This document shows, in pieces, positions 16,866 to 32,089 of a DNA stretch of 64,000 nucleotides. Source of the DNA: the human T2T-CHM13v2.0 reference genome, Homo sapiens; assembly GCF_009914755.1 (NCBI RefSeq), contig NC_060934.1. The stretch is one strand, 5' to 3'. The notes under the pieces were generated by a model. It was not told the origin of the DNA. It saw only the letters and a program-made list of their open reading frames with translations, and did no database searches. Positions within the stretch are counted from its first letter, which is position 1. Every line of letters starts with the position of its first letter. The position numbers and the translations under genes are program-made.

Positions 16866-16917
16866 GATAGATAGATAGATAGATGGGTGGATAGATAGAT
16901 AGATAGAAGATAGATAG
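16866..16917. repeat. (GATA)n tetranucleotide repeat
   Basis: Direct reading. Confidence 0.9.
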
Positions 16918-17933
16918 CTCAATACCAACATTGGTATTTATGTATACCAGTATTAGTGTGTATAAATAAAGTATGTCTATATATATATAGCTGTATATAT
17001 AGCTGTGACTCCACACCCTTGTTCCTTACTGAAGGAAGCATATTTGGTGGCATGCAAGTGAATGAGAGTAACTTTATTGCTGGTACAGCCTTGAATCATC
17101 TCCAATATACAAAGAATAAATCAGTTGCAAACAATGGCATGAGATACGCTTTATTGCTGATTCCAACACACTTGAAACTTGGGATCCTTCTTTTGAGAAA
17201 CACTCCCTAAAGCACATAAACTAAGCTTTCATATAAGTCTCTTTGTTCTTCTCACCCCAGCATTAGGTCTGTATAATACCCCTAATCAGATGTAGCTTGA
17301 AAACTGTTGACTTAACATAAAGAAACAAACAACCCTAAGATATATAATGAGTCATCTTGTCAAAATTAATCAACAGTTTTTTGGAATGTTTTTATTTTCT
17401 CATCTCTTTCCCTCCATCACAGTCATCAACGTTTCTGAGTGCCCATCTACATTTCTTTTGTACATCCCTTCATCCTTTCTGATGGTACTCTTTGGGGTAT
17501 ATGCGAATGACACTATCAACACAGAATGTGCTATTTTCGTTTGCTTTCCTGATCTAAGTTTTATTTTTGCTCTGAGCGTGTTTGGCTCTTCTACACAGTA
17601 ATTGTCTCGCATAATGAACAACAACATGAATTCCCAAGGAAGCTAACTACTGTCAGGACCGACCTTATAACATTTCCCTTGCACGGTCACTGGCCTTACA
17701 CCTCAATGCCATTGGTTTTAAGCAGCCTGACCAAGCGGCTCACTGGGCATAGTAAGAAATGGACCAATGTGCTTTATCAAGACACAGTACATTTATCAAA
17801 ATGTTATGCATTTACTTGCTGAATTGCTACATTCTCAAATAAATTTGGAGAAATTAGAACATAGAAATTTTAAGAGAAAATCATCAAACATGAGGTGTTG
17901 GTTACAATGTAGGTTCTAAGGAATATTGGTGGT

Positions 17934-18099
17934 GATATATATATAATATATGTATATATACATATTTTATATACATGTATATATTATATATGTTATATAT
18001 GTATATATACATATTTTATATATGTACATATTTTATATAATATATGTATATATCTATATACATATTTTATATATGTATATATTTTATATAACATATATA
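17934..18099. repeat. Degenerate (TA)n / AT-rich repeat
   Basis: Direct reading. Confidence 0.9.
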
Positions 18100-18146
18100 G
18101 GTGGTTAGATATCTATCTATAGATCTATCTATAGATCTGTCCTATG

Positions 18147-18304
18147 CCTTTGCAGGGATGTTCCTGAGAGAATTTCTAAGAAATCTCTGATTTAGAGTGT
18201 GCCTTAAAGTCAGCTTCCCAGGGAACCTGGCTTATAACACTCTCCAAACATAAAAATGAATCTAGTTTAAATTAAATCTGCTCTGAACTGCTCCTCAGAT
18301 TTTC
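18147..18304 (-). repeat. 158-bp inverted copy of 19761-19918
   Basis: Reverse complement aligns without gaps, 8 mismatches by manual count. Confidence 0.93.
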
Positions 18305-18419
18305 ATAAGACAGATCAATAAATAGTTAGATATCTCACCACCGGTATTTTATTTTATATAGCAAAATTAATACGTGTATATATACATTGTGTGTGTGTGT
18401 CTGTGTGTGTGTATGTGGA

Positions 18420-18892
18420 TACTTTATATTCTACAGCAGTTTTAGGTTCACAGCAGAATTGAGAAGAAAATTTCCCATATACTCCCTGCCCCCACCCTCA
18501 TAGTCTTCCCTGCTATTAACATTCTGCACCAGAGTGGAACATTTGTTACAATCAGTGAGATGAGCCTACTTTGGCACATTGTTGTCACCCAAAGTCCATA
18601 GTATACATTAAGTTTCACTCTTTGTGTTGAAAGTTCTGTGAACTTTGACAAACATATAATGACATGTATCCACCATTATAATATGACACATACAGTTAGT
18701 TTCACCGCCCTAAAAATCTCCTGTGCTCTACCTATTCATTCCTCCTTGCCCTACCTCCCACCCCATAATTCCTGGCAGATACTTTTCCTGTCTCCATAAT
18801 TTTGCCTTTTCTAGAATGTCATATAGTCAAAATCAGACAGCATGTAGCCTTTTCACATTGGCTTCTTTCACTTAGTAACCTACATTTAAGGT
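18420..18892 (-). mobile_element. Old L1 3' end (L1MC-like)
   Basis: cagcagttttaggttcacagcagaattgag...ttcacttagtaacc. Confidence 0.75.
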
Positions 18893-19154
18893 AGTGCTGA
18901 GGTTTTTCAGAGTATTAAAAAGAGAACAATGAATGTTGTTCTTATTTTACAGAGTTAAAGGAATTGTATATTATTATCAGCTCCAATATCTAAAGAATAA
19001 ATCAACTGCAAACTGCAAAATGAGATAAACTTTATGGTTGATTCCAACACACTTGAAATTTGCGATCCTCCTATGATAATTAGGTAAATCCATGGGTGAA
19101 ACCCAAGAATAAATCCATTAACATTAACTTTCTTAACGGTGGCCACACTTACTT

Positions 19155-19482
19155 CTTTCTTTCCTTCCTTCCTTTTATTTTAGTTTTTTTTTTTTTTTTT
19201 TTGACCAAGTTTTGCTCTTGTTGTCCAGGCTGGAGTGCAGTTGCACTATCTTGGCTCACTGCAACCTTCGCCTCCTCGGTTCAAGCGATAATCTTGCCTT
19301 AGCCTACTGAGTTGCTGGGATTACGGGCGTGTGCCACCACGCAGGCTAATTTTTGTATTTTTAGAAAAGACAGGGATTCACCGTGTTGGCCAGGCTGGTC
19401 TTGAACTCCTCACCTCAGATGATCTGCCCACCTCAGCCTCCCAAACTGTTGGGATTACAGGCATGAGCCGCTATGCCCATCC
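19155..19482 (-). mobile_element. AluS
   Basis: Full dimer with poly-T tail and TSD ggccacactt (19141 and 19483). Confidence 0.92.
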
Positions 19483-19826
19483 GGCCACACTTCTTGAAGC
19501 ATATATGTGGCAACTTGCATCCAAGTCAAAAGATAAAGATAGTACATCTTCCAGGAGTATTAGTTTTATTTGATTACTGAAAGGAAACCACTTATATCAA
19601 AAAGTATAGATTTATAGTAGAATACAGAATTTTCATTAGGTTAAAACAAGAGATAAAAGAAATACGGAGTGAATGAAGGACTGCCTCTTGGCTAAGAGAC
19701 TACCTAGACTCTCTGTAGGAAGCAAAGTCATGTTCTCCCTACATCAGAAATATTTCATTAGAAAATCTGAGGGGCAATTCAGAGGAGATTTAATTTAAAC
19801 TAGATTCATTTTTATGTTTGGGGAGT

Positions 19827-20255
19827 GTTATAAGTCAGGTTCCCTGGGAAGCTGACTTTAAGGCAGACTCCAAATCAGAAATTTCTTAGAAATTCTCTCA
19901 GGAACATCCCTGCAAAGGAGGGGAGGAAACAGAACTGGACATCTGCCTGGTGGCAGGTGGGGTTTAGCTGTGATGCAGGTGCAATAAGAGGCTCAGCCGA
20001 TACCACGGGGAGCTCTGGAGCTGCCATGGCTCTTCGTAGATGCCCTACATTGAGGCATAGGGCCTGGGCCATCTTATCTCCAACTCACCAGTCAATGAAT
20101 GGAGCTGTTCCCAGGAGGAGGTGTAACTCTGGAGGGCAATTCCTGGGGCCTGACTCAACCATGAGCTGTCATCTGGCAACCTCCCAGGAGCTGGGGGAAT
20201 GAACACCTTGATGTGGATGGAGAAAGCTGGGCAGTACAAGCCAGTATCTGTTATA
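19827..20255 (-). mobile_element. ERVL-type solo LTR (LTR33-like)
   Basis: tcaggttccctgggaagc...gctgtgatgcag...ggggagctctggagctg...agctgggggaatga. Confidence 0.7.
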
Positions 20256-20412
20256 CGCAGGACAAGCCCAATGGCGACCTTGAAAAGAAGGGCCTAGAAC
20301 AAGTGAGTTCTGAGTGCCATTCAGTAAAAAAAATTTCTGCTTTTAATGCAATGCCTACCTCCGAAAGGAGAAAATTTTATTTTTGCATATCCACTATAAG
20401 GAAAAATATAAA

Positions 20413-20413
<1 letters not shown>

Positions 20414-20475
<62 letters not shown>
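20414..20475. repeat. (CA)n(CG)n(CA)n compound microsatellite
   Basis: Direct reading. Confidence 0.95.
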
Positions 20476-21986
20476 CATTCTGAATAGGAACTGGGAAACA
20501 TAAAAGTCTTTGTTTTTGAATAGAGAACATTATTTTCCTCATTTTTTAAAAAGAAAAGGTTAATACTTAGCTAAGTCATAGATGTATTACTAAAGTTGGT
20601 TCTAGATTCTCGTTATATGCAAAGAATTTGCTAAATCTTTTCAACCTTTGGTGAGCTCATAAAGATGAAAGTTTTATGCATAAAATACTTAAAAAAAAAA
20701 AAAAGAATTTCTGTACTTTAAGTGTGAGATTAATCTAATGGAAAGATTGCAGAGAAACTATTTATTTGACCATGGTCCAGTACCAGAAGAGCTACATATA
20801 AAAGTATAAAGATTTAAATCCAATTTGCTTTCAAGGTTTGAATTTATAATTTGTACATTGGAACATTGCAATTTTATATGCTGCTGTGATCTCAGGCAGT
20901 TAGATTAAAACATGATAGCAATGTCTCCAAGTCATACATTTATCTCTCTCCTACTTAAATATACTTATTTCTACAAACATAGGCTCCCTAAGCACAGCCA
21001 CATATATCTCAGATACATGGCTTTGGTCATAGGGTCAGAGTCTAAATACCTTCTAGATACATCTTCACTATTGGTTTAGTGAGGAGGGAGAGGGACTTTC
21101 ACATCTCATTTTTTAAATGAATTTGCTATATCATCTTTACATATAACACAAATTATTCTCATACAACCCATAAATAAAAGTAGTTTAAAATGTCAAGAAA
21201 ACAAACCATTCCTGTACTGGCCTCCATTGCTACTTGGCTCTATATTTTCCCTTAATATATTGATGAGTCCCTCGTTAACTAGCACAGAGACAATACAAAG
21301 TGTAAGAAGCATCCCACTAATCACCAATTAGTTCCGTTCTATATGTTCACATACATTCTCTGACCTTTAGAAACATGAGATAGTCAACACTCAACAGTCA
21401 GCCTCTGCTTTAAGTTTGACTTAATGTAGACCCAAACCTTTGCTGCAGAAACGTTTCATGTAACAAAAGTTTATTACACTAGCATTGAGTCTTTGGATAT
21501 TTAAAATTTGTGGGCTTCAGTGTCTTCGTTTGTAAAATGAGTTGGTTGGGTTTGAAGCAGGTTATCTTCAGGATTCCTAATGCAACGTCTTAGATTACAC
21601 TGTGATTTTATCTAGCTTTGGATATGACAGCACATGGCCTTTGACCTGTAACCAAGATTCAAGGACAGAGTGCAGTGTGACAAAACCATAGCGGATCTCT
21701 ATTTCTGTGGCCCAACCCTGGCCAGGGTCTCAAGAGCCAGATTCCCTGGGTGGAGGCCACTAAGAGTCAGTAAATAAATGATATCTGATATTGTAACAGT
21801 TCCCTTAAATTCTTAAACTGGGAGTGCATCTTTCCAAAGTTTTCAATTTACTGCATGAAAGTATCTTTTCACTCGAGCACAATCTGATTTAATAGTCCAA
21901 TTGAAGGCATAGAAATAAAAATTTCTTCTTTAATTTGAAGGTGTCAGTTTTCATGTCAATGATGCTTTTTAAGAAATATTGTACTG

Positions 21987-22678
21987 ATAAGAATGGCCAT
22001 AATTAAAAAGTCAAAAAACAGTAGAAGTTGGTGCGGATGTGGTGAAATGGAACACTTTTACACTGCTGGTGGGAATGTAAATTAGTACAATCACTATGGA
22101 AAATAGTATGGAGATGCCTTAAAGAACTAAAAGTTGAACTACCATTTGATTCAGCAATCTCACTACTGGGTATCTACCCCACAAAAAAGTTATTATATGA
22201 AAAAGGCACATCCTTATGCATGTTTATAGCAGCACAATTCACAGTTGCAAAGATATGGAACCAACCCAAATGCCCATCAATCAACAAGTTGATAAAGAAA
22301 ATGTAGTACATATACTTCATGGAATGCTACTCAGCCATAAAAAGGAATGAAAAAATGTCTTTTGCAGCAACTAGGATGGAGCTGGAGGCCATTATTCTAA
22401 ATGAAGTAAACCAGGAATGGAAAACTAAATATTGTATATTCTCATGTATAAATGGGAGCTAAGCTGTGAGGATGCAAATGCATAATAATGATATAATGGA
22501 CTGTGGGGACTCAAGGGGAAAGATTGGGCATGTGGTGAGAAATAAAAGACTATATATCGGGTACAGTGTACACTGCTCAGGTGATGGGTGCACAAAAATC
22601 TCAGAAATCACCACTAAAGAACTTATTAATATAACCAAAAACCACCTGTTCCCCCCAAATTATTGAAATTAAAATAAT
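21987..22678 (+). mobile_element. L1PB-type 3' end
   Basis: ORF2 C-terminal remnant and 3'UTR gggtacagtgtacactgctcaggtgatgggtgcac...aaatcaccactaaagaactt. Confidence 0.85.
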
Positions 22679-22855
22679 TTTTTATGTTCCTGACATTATG
22701 ATAAGGTATATTCTTGAATCAGGTTTGTAGGCATCATATTAATCCTAATTAGAAATTAATTTACTTCAATTAATAAAATTCATTTTATACAATAAGAAAT
22801 GCAACCTGTAATGTCCCAACACTGGATGGAGGGAAACTCCCTAATGCCAAAATAA

Positions 22856-23188
<333 letters not shown>

Positions 23189-23639
23189 TAAAATGAGAAA
23201 GAAAGCTCGACAGATAAAATGAAGTTCTCTAGAGCCTTACCGTGATTGTATCATTAATAACACAGCTTTCAGTGTTATGTTGCAAAACAAGGCATCTGTC
23301 CTTTGCTTAGTGTTTCCAGCAACACCCCGTTTGTGGTCATGCTAATTTTTGTTAAACCTATCTTTTTCCTTTTCCATTTATATCTGAGTCATTCATATGG
23401 GAGATGCCGTTATGTGTTCTTATCTCATTAACGTGTTTATGGAAGTGGTGTGAGAAGTTCAGTTAGAATTTCTTCCTACCATAAAGGTTCATGAAAATGG
23501 CTCAAGTAAAGGGCATATTGATAGAGATTTCCTTTTTGATCAAGTGACAAATATTGATTTTAATGGGTATGTATAGTTAAGGATTGGATCTGGATAATTA
23601 CCTGAGTAAATGTCATGTCATTAAGAGTTCATGGGATAA

Positions 23640-23830
23640 TGCATCCTAGAGATGTGGGTTTGAATTTCATCCCTGTTACTTACTATGTGTGCAGTCTTGG
23701 CAGAAGTTATTTAAGTGCTGCCAATTTCATTTTGTCATCCAGGTATTGAATTCAATAATACCTAACTTACAAGGCTGTGATGATTTGAGCAAATGCATGT
23801 AAAATTCCAGGCTGTGTATTCAGTACCTTT
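23640..23830 (+). mobile_element. MIR
   Basis: gggtttgaatttcatccctgttacttacta...aataatacctaacttacaaggctgtga. Confidence 0.6.
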
Positions 23831-24131
23831 GATTTTTAGTATAATTAGCCAGTGTCAGGTAGGGAAGGAAAAATGTTAGGTAAGAAGTAATTACACACAT
23901 CTTAAAGTGAGTACATATCACTGTGGTGTCCAAACACCCCTAACATTTTATTATTTGTTTGCTTCCTTACTTATTTTATATTTTATATTTTATTATATAC
24001 CATATACCATATTATATTTTTGGATGAGTGCTGCAGTGATAGTATTCCATAAACTACATGTTAATGACTATACTTTTTGGTATAGTAAAAGGCAGTTTGA
24101 AATGTAACTATAAGAGGGGAACATTGAATGA

Positions 24132-24422
<291 letters not shown>

Positions 24423-24450
<28 letters not shown>

Positions 24451-24610
24451 CGAAAGAAAGAGAGAAAGAGAGAAGGAAGGAAGAGGGGAAGGGAGGAAAG
24501 GAGGAAAGGAGGAAAGGAGGAAGTGGGGGAAGGAGGGAGGGACAGAGAGGAGGAAGGAAGGAAGGAAGGAAAGGAAGGAAGGAAAGATGGAAAGATGGAA
24601 GGAAGAAAGC
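24423..24610. repeat. Polypurine (AAAAG/GGAA) low-complexity tract
   Basis: About 190 nt of almost pure A/G extending from the Alu tail. Confidence 0.9.
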
Positions 24611-25261
24611 AAGGGCTATTTTAGGGTCCTGTGTAATATGGGACCTCTAGAAATCTGGAACAATTGGAAGAAGAGTAAAGATGAATGAAAGAAAAGAGAG
24701 ATGACCTTGGGATGTTTAAAGGCTTTAGCCTTAAATCAGTGAAACTCTTTTCCTGGTTCGGGCTAACAAATTGGTTTTCCAACTCCCTGTTATTTCCTAC
24801 CTATATATTCTCTCTGAGATAAAGCCAACCTGTCAGGTCTTCTAATCTTTTCTTAGAAACAAGGTAAGCAAATGGAGGTGAATAGAAAAGAGAAAGCCTG
24901 CCAAATTACTTATCCCTGTTCCCATCAGAGCTCTAATGTAATTTGGCTGATAGAAATCATATTAAGTTCAATATAGCCATATGATATTTGGCTTCAAATA
25001 AGACTGCTATTTAAAGAGAAGCTTAGGAAGGTACTGTGTCCTTATAATGCTAAGCATTCATTGGAAAATTGGAGTTTGCCTAGTCCTGCAAAGTTCTGTT
25101 CCAAAAGGGAAATAAGGCCACGTTAGAAATAGACTGGGGACAAAATTCTAGAGCAAAATTATAGAATAAGAGAATTCAGTGGCCACAATTCACCAAACAT
25201 TTGAAGATATAACAGACTTTGAGGGCTTTCCTATTGGTTTAGAATGTCATTTTGTAAACTC

Positions 25262-26850
25262 ACATTCATTCATTCATTTATTCACAAACCTCATTAAGAT
25301 CCTAACTGATGCCACATATTATGTTACACATTGATGAGACAGATGGATATGACACTGTCAGAGCTCAGGCTGAAGATGTGCTATACATTAGTGAAGGAGG
25401 CTAGTCAGTGAAAGTGAGGAATACTATATGAGCAATCCTGTGACAGAGATAAGCACCTCGTGTTAGAAGGCACATAGGGAACTCTCTATGGTGCTAGGGA
25501 TTCTTTACATTTTCACAAGAGTAGTGATTACACAGCCAAACTTGGAAAGACAAATAGTCATTGGACGAATAAAGCAGAGATCTGGATTCAAGTGAAGTGA
25601 AGATTGTTGCAGGAGCAGAGAACAGGTCGTTAGAGTGAAGCATATTTTGTGTTGCTAGAGCAGAGCCTGTGGTTGGAAATGTAGAAAGAATCCTGGAGAG
25701 AGAAGCAGGACCCAGATCTTGCAGAATCCTCACCACCCTGCCACCATGCCAGTGCTATATAACGGTACTTAACTTGGATATGGGATGGATTGGAGTGAGG
25801 AAGAGGGAATGGTTAGGAGATGTCACAGTTCAAGTACAAAGCAATTGATTAGGTAACAGTGTAAGGTAAATATTATTAATAGACTTAAGGGATGGTCAGG
25901 TGATGAGGAAGAGAAAGGAATCAACAGTGACTTCCAAGACTGTGCTTTCAGGGATCATGTCTATAGTTTGCCACTAGAGAAGTTTTTTTGAACATGTAGT
26001 AGGGCACCAGAAGCACAAGGAAGAGGCACAGCCTTCTCTCCTGAGCATGAAGCTGGCTCTTGGTCTTGCTTTGTTCCAGCTACCATTTGCCATTGATTAT
26101 GTCCTTCTCTTCCTTCCAGAAAGTAAAAGGGAGAGAATGCAGTCTGAGTGGTTTTTTTAATTAAAAAAAAAAAAAAGAAGGACTTCCAAGTTTCTAATTT
26201 GGACATCAGGTCAGCTCATGTGCCATTGCTTGAGCTAGGGAAAGTAAGAGGAGAAGAACATGTTGGGGGAAGATGTGGCTTCAGTTTTAGATGTGTTGTA
26301 TTTATGATACCTGAGACCCATGCACATGAAAAGGTTCAGAATGTGTTTGGAAGTGTATATATAAAGCTCAGGAGAGAGCTAAAATAACATAAGGTTACAT
26401 GGCCATCAGCGTATGATTATTGAAGCTGTGGGTGTAGATGAGATCAAAGAGAGAGGATAGAGATAAAGTGGCAGGCAGAACCTGAAAGAACAGCTAAAAG
26501 ACTGTTTAGAAAAAGCAGACATTGAAGACACTGAGAAGATGTGGTCCTAGACATAGCGGGGTCACAAGAGACTGAGGATCTTAAAGGCAAAAATCCTTTA
26601 GTATCAAAATATTCACAGGTTGAAATGTTTCTGAGAGATCAAATAAGAGAGGGCCTAAAAAATATAAATTGGAAAAAGCCAAAAAAGTGGTTTTTGGGAT
26701 TTTGGAGAGAGAACTTTTTACGGAGTAGGAGGGCAGAATTCTGAAGCCATTCTTTTTCAAGGGCAAATGGGAAATGTCGAAGAGGGAAATCAATTGTAGA
26801 TAACTCTTTCAAGAAGTTGCAATTGGAGTGGAATGCAGGAAAAAAGAATT
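25262..26850 (-). mobile_element. Degraded L2
   Basis: (cattcatt)n terminus at 25263, plus ttcagttttagatgtgttg and gaagctgtgggtgtagatgagatc L2-like segments. Confidence 0.6.
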
Positions 26851-28565
26851 GGTTTCTTTGTTTTCAGTGGCTTTCTCATGTTTAAATGTTGTAGGACTAA
26901 GGATTTGGAGACGTTTACAATTTTAGACAGGGAAATCGATAATAATTGATATTTACAGGCCTTTATTTTTGCAGAAATAATTTTTCTAGCATTGGAAGTG
27001 TTTAGATAAACCTGTGAGTTCAACGTTTAAGAACACTTCGTATTGAATATTGTCTTTCCACTGGAAACATTAATTTTTCATGGACTGAAGCAATATAGTT
27101 TTTATCAAACATATCCCCTTTTCGTAAAAATATAAAAGAAAAGAAAAAGAAAAAGAAAAAAGAAGCATAGTTAATTATATGGAAGAACAGCACAAAACTA
27201 GAAACACTCTTTTCACTGATATTCCTCTGATAGCCATCTTCTGTTCACCAGGAGGGTTTCAAGATTTCATCAGCTGTTGTGTCAGTCAATATCCTGGCAA
27301 GAAATAGTTATTGATATCGCATAGGTTGAAAAAATATTAATAAGGGGATTGTTTATTAGAGAAATAGTATGCATAGCAAAGCCATAAGGGATAGTAAGAG
27401 TGGGGGGTTTTATCACCTGTAGACCAAAGAGTGTGAGAGGAGGTTCAGTTGCCTGAGCCTAGAGTGAGAAGGGAGTACTTGGTAAGAGGCATGACATTTA
27501 GTTAAGGCAAGCGGTTAGTCCATGCTGATCTCAAAGAGTCTCTTCGCTCTGTATTAATCTGCTGGTGGTGATACCCATTGACCAAATCCAATCGTACACC
27601 AGAAGACTAAAAGGCTTATTAATGTATCCTTATCATCCAGCCTTCCAGGGCCCAGGTGGGGAGAGAAGGTGGAGAATAGATCAGGAGAAGTACATGGAAA
27701 CTATCCATCAGTGACAGAACAACTGTGAAAAACAATGGGAAGAAGTGGGTAGCTTACCTCCTTTCCAGTAGCGGTGGATGTGTCCTGTGAAGTGCATGCC
27801 ACTTCTGGTGGTTTAGAATGGTCCACATTCCTAAGACTTGTAGATCCAACCTTATCATCAATATTTTTACTATTGGCCTTTAAATATGAAAGCTATGATC
27901 CCAATATCCGATAGTGATTTTGAACAACAGTGTAAAGATTATTCCTCTGCATTTACCAGCTTCATTTCTTACAACAGTGTTCCTCAGTTTCTTCGACATT
28001 AAAAATCATGGTAATTAATCTGTTTCAGGGAGACATTGGAGGACTAAGTGAAATCAATATGGTAGAGTGCATAATACACACAATAAATTATTATCCTTTC
28101 CCCATTAAATTATCTTATAGTTTCATTGAAAATTATTTAAACTGCTAAGGTATTTTAATAAGAGTACTGGTTGAATTTAAATCAAGAATAAAATAAATAC
28201 CCATCCTGCTGTATGTTAGGTGTGTGTGCCCTGAAGGGCTTGTAGCCTTCATTCTCATAGCCCAAGACCATAGTTTCTCTGCCATTAGAAATATTGACCT
28301 GCTGCATATAGATTTTATTTTAGTAGAAAATGGGTATACATCCATAGTCTTACATATTCTACGTTTGAATATATTTTCCATGCAGCAACGATAATCGATT
28401 AAGAAATTTTGCTTTCAGGAAGTAGCGCCAATGAACCATTCATGAATTGTTTAAAGTATCATCAACCTGAGTGAATGAGCTATGTGGCACAAAATGCCCT
28501 GTGTTACTTAGCCTATTTTGTTAAGAAAGAATACCAATTTCTAGGATGATAGATGAAATAACTAT

Positions 28566-28870
28566 TTTTGTTTGTTTCTTTGTTTGTTTTTGAGACAGAG
28601 TCTCACTCTTTTGCCCAGGTTGGAGTACAGTGGCACAGTTGTAAATCACTGCAGCCTTGCCCTCCCAGGCTCAAGCAATCCCCCCACCTTAGTCTCCCAA
28701 GCAGCACAGGCATGCTCCACCATGTCTGGCTAATTTTTTAAAACAAAATTTGTAGAGGTAGGGTCTTGCTAGGTGGCTCAGGCTGGTTTCAAGCTTCTGG
28801 GCTCAAATGATCCTGCCGCCTTGGTCTCTCAAAGTTTTGGGCTTACAGGTGTGAGCCACTGTGCTCAGCC
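28566..28870 (-). mobile_element. AluJ
   Basis: Diverged dimer with (tttg)n tail. Confidence 0.9.
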
Positions 28871-29843
28871 AAATAAATATTTTATAGATATTAAAATATA
28901 ATGTCTGAAAGAGAATGTACCAAAAAATAGATATTATTCATGGAAACATTTTGAAACCTAAGTTTTCCATGAATTTTATGTGTGAATTTTTTGGCTTAAT
29001 TTTGGAATTATTCTATGTTGTACTTATATTAATAAAGAAGGAAAAATATAAAGTAAATGGCTCAGATTATTTTCCTATATTCAGTACAATGTTATGTGCT
29101 TCATGGATGCCAATAAATATTAGATGCATTCATAATTTATTTGCTACCTACTCTTAAAAGAAAATTTATAAATATTAAATATAACATTAATGCTATTTAA
29201 AATGCAACAGAAACTAATATTTTTGTTTACAAATTTCATAAAGCCAAAGTCAGTTTTTAACTATCTAAACGGTTAACTTTCTAAGAAAAAAGTAAAGCTT
29301 TTTATATTGAAACCATTTATTTTCTGATTTTTTAATGTGTTTTAACTGTATTTGTGCCAAAGTTGTGAACTTATAACACTTATAAATTAGAGCTCTTTAT
29401 TGAACAGTCAACTTGAAAATAAGTTACCAGTCACAGTAGAAATTGGATGAAGAAATATGGATAAATTCCTATCTCCAATAGAGGAAGGGTTCAAAATATA
29501 TGTTTTCAAGAAGATGAGTAGTATCTGCCATATTTGTATAAAAATGTTAAGTTATATTGTTTAAAACCTTGAAACTATGATCTTATCTGATCTCTCAGCT
29601 TTTTGCAATGAAAAATAATGATAAAAATATGTATGCACACAAAAATTTGTGTATATATACACAAATATATATCATAGATACATATATAGACACATATTTT
29701 TGTGTGCATACAAAATAAAATAAATAAAACAGGCATACCTTGTTTTACTGTGTATTGCTTTATTGCGCTTCACGGATGTCACATTTTTTACAAATTGGAG
29801 GTCTTCATCCTTGCATCCTGCAAGTCTATCAGTGCCAATTTTC

Positions 29844-31384
<1,541 letters not shown>

Positions 31385-31932
31385 TTTCTAACAGTATATG
31401 CTCACTTCGTGTCTGTATCCCATTTTAATGTTTCTCACAATATTTCAAACTTCTTCATGACTATCATGTCTGCTATGGTGATCTGTGATCAGTGATCTTT
31501 GATGTTACTACTGTAATTGTTCTGTGGTGCCATGAACCATGCCCATATAAGATGGTAAATTTAATTGATAAATGTTGTGTATGTTCTGACTGCTCCACCA
31601 ACCAGCCATTCCCCTGTTTGTCTTTTCCTCTCCTTGGGTCTCCCCATTCCCTGAGGCTGAACAATATTGCAGTTTGGCCAACTACAATAGCTTCTACGTA
31701 TTCAAGTGAAAGGAGGAAATGCAGATCTCTGACTTTAAATCAAAAGCTAGAAATGATTATTAATGAGTAAGTCATGTTGAACACCAAGATAGGCTGAAAG
31801 CTGGGCCTCTTGCTCCAAACAGCCAAGTTGTGAATGTGAAGGAAAAATTCTTGAAGGCAATTAAAACACTACTCCAGTGAATACACAAATGATAGGAAAG
31901 CAAAACAGCCTTATTGTGGATATGGAGAAAGT

Positions 31933-32089
31933 TTTGACATATGTCTGCTGAACCCTGGAACTCAGAGGAGCAGGGTTAGAAGACAAGAATAGATTGATAC
32001 CACTATTATTTAGTGCTTTTGAAATCTATCCAGACTTTCTGTCAAAATGGTGCAATGGGTTCATTATTTGACACATTCCCTCTGCTCCA
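31933..32089 (+). repeat. 157-bp direct copy of 34150-34306 embedded in Tigger1
   Basis: Ungapped alignment, 12 mismatches by manual count. Confidence 0.93.

Noticed and set aside
18100-18342. Novel MITE with terminal inverted repeats
   Set aside because: The arms derive from local GATA/TA low-complexity sequence, no TSD is evident, and the interior is copied from 1.5 kb away. Kept as a repair scar instead.
27275-27710. Possible old MaLR LTR (similarly 59660-60125)
   Set aside because: Too degraded to call without a repeat-library search.
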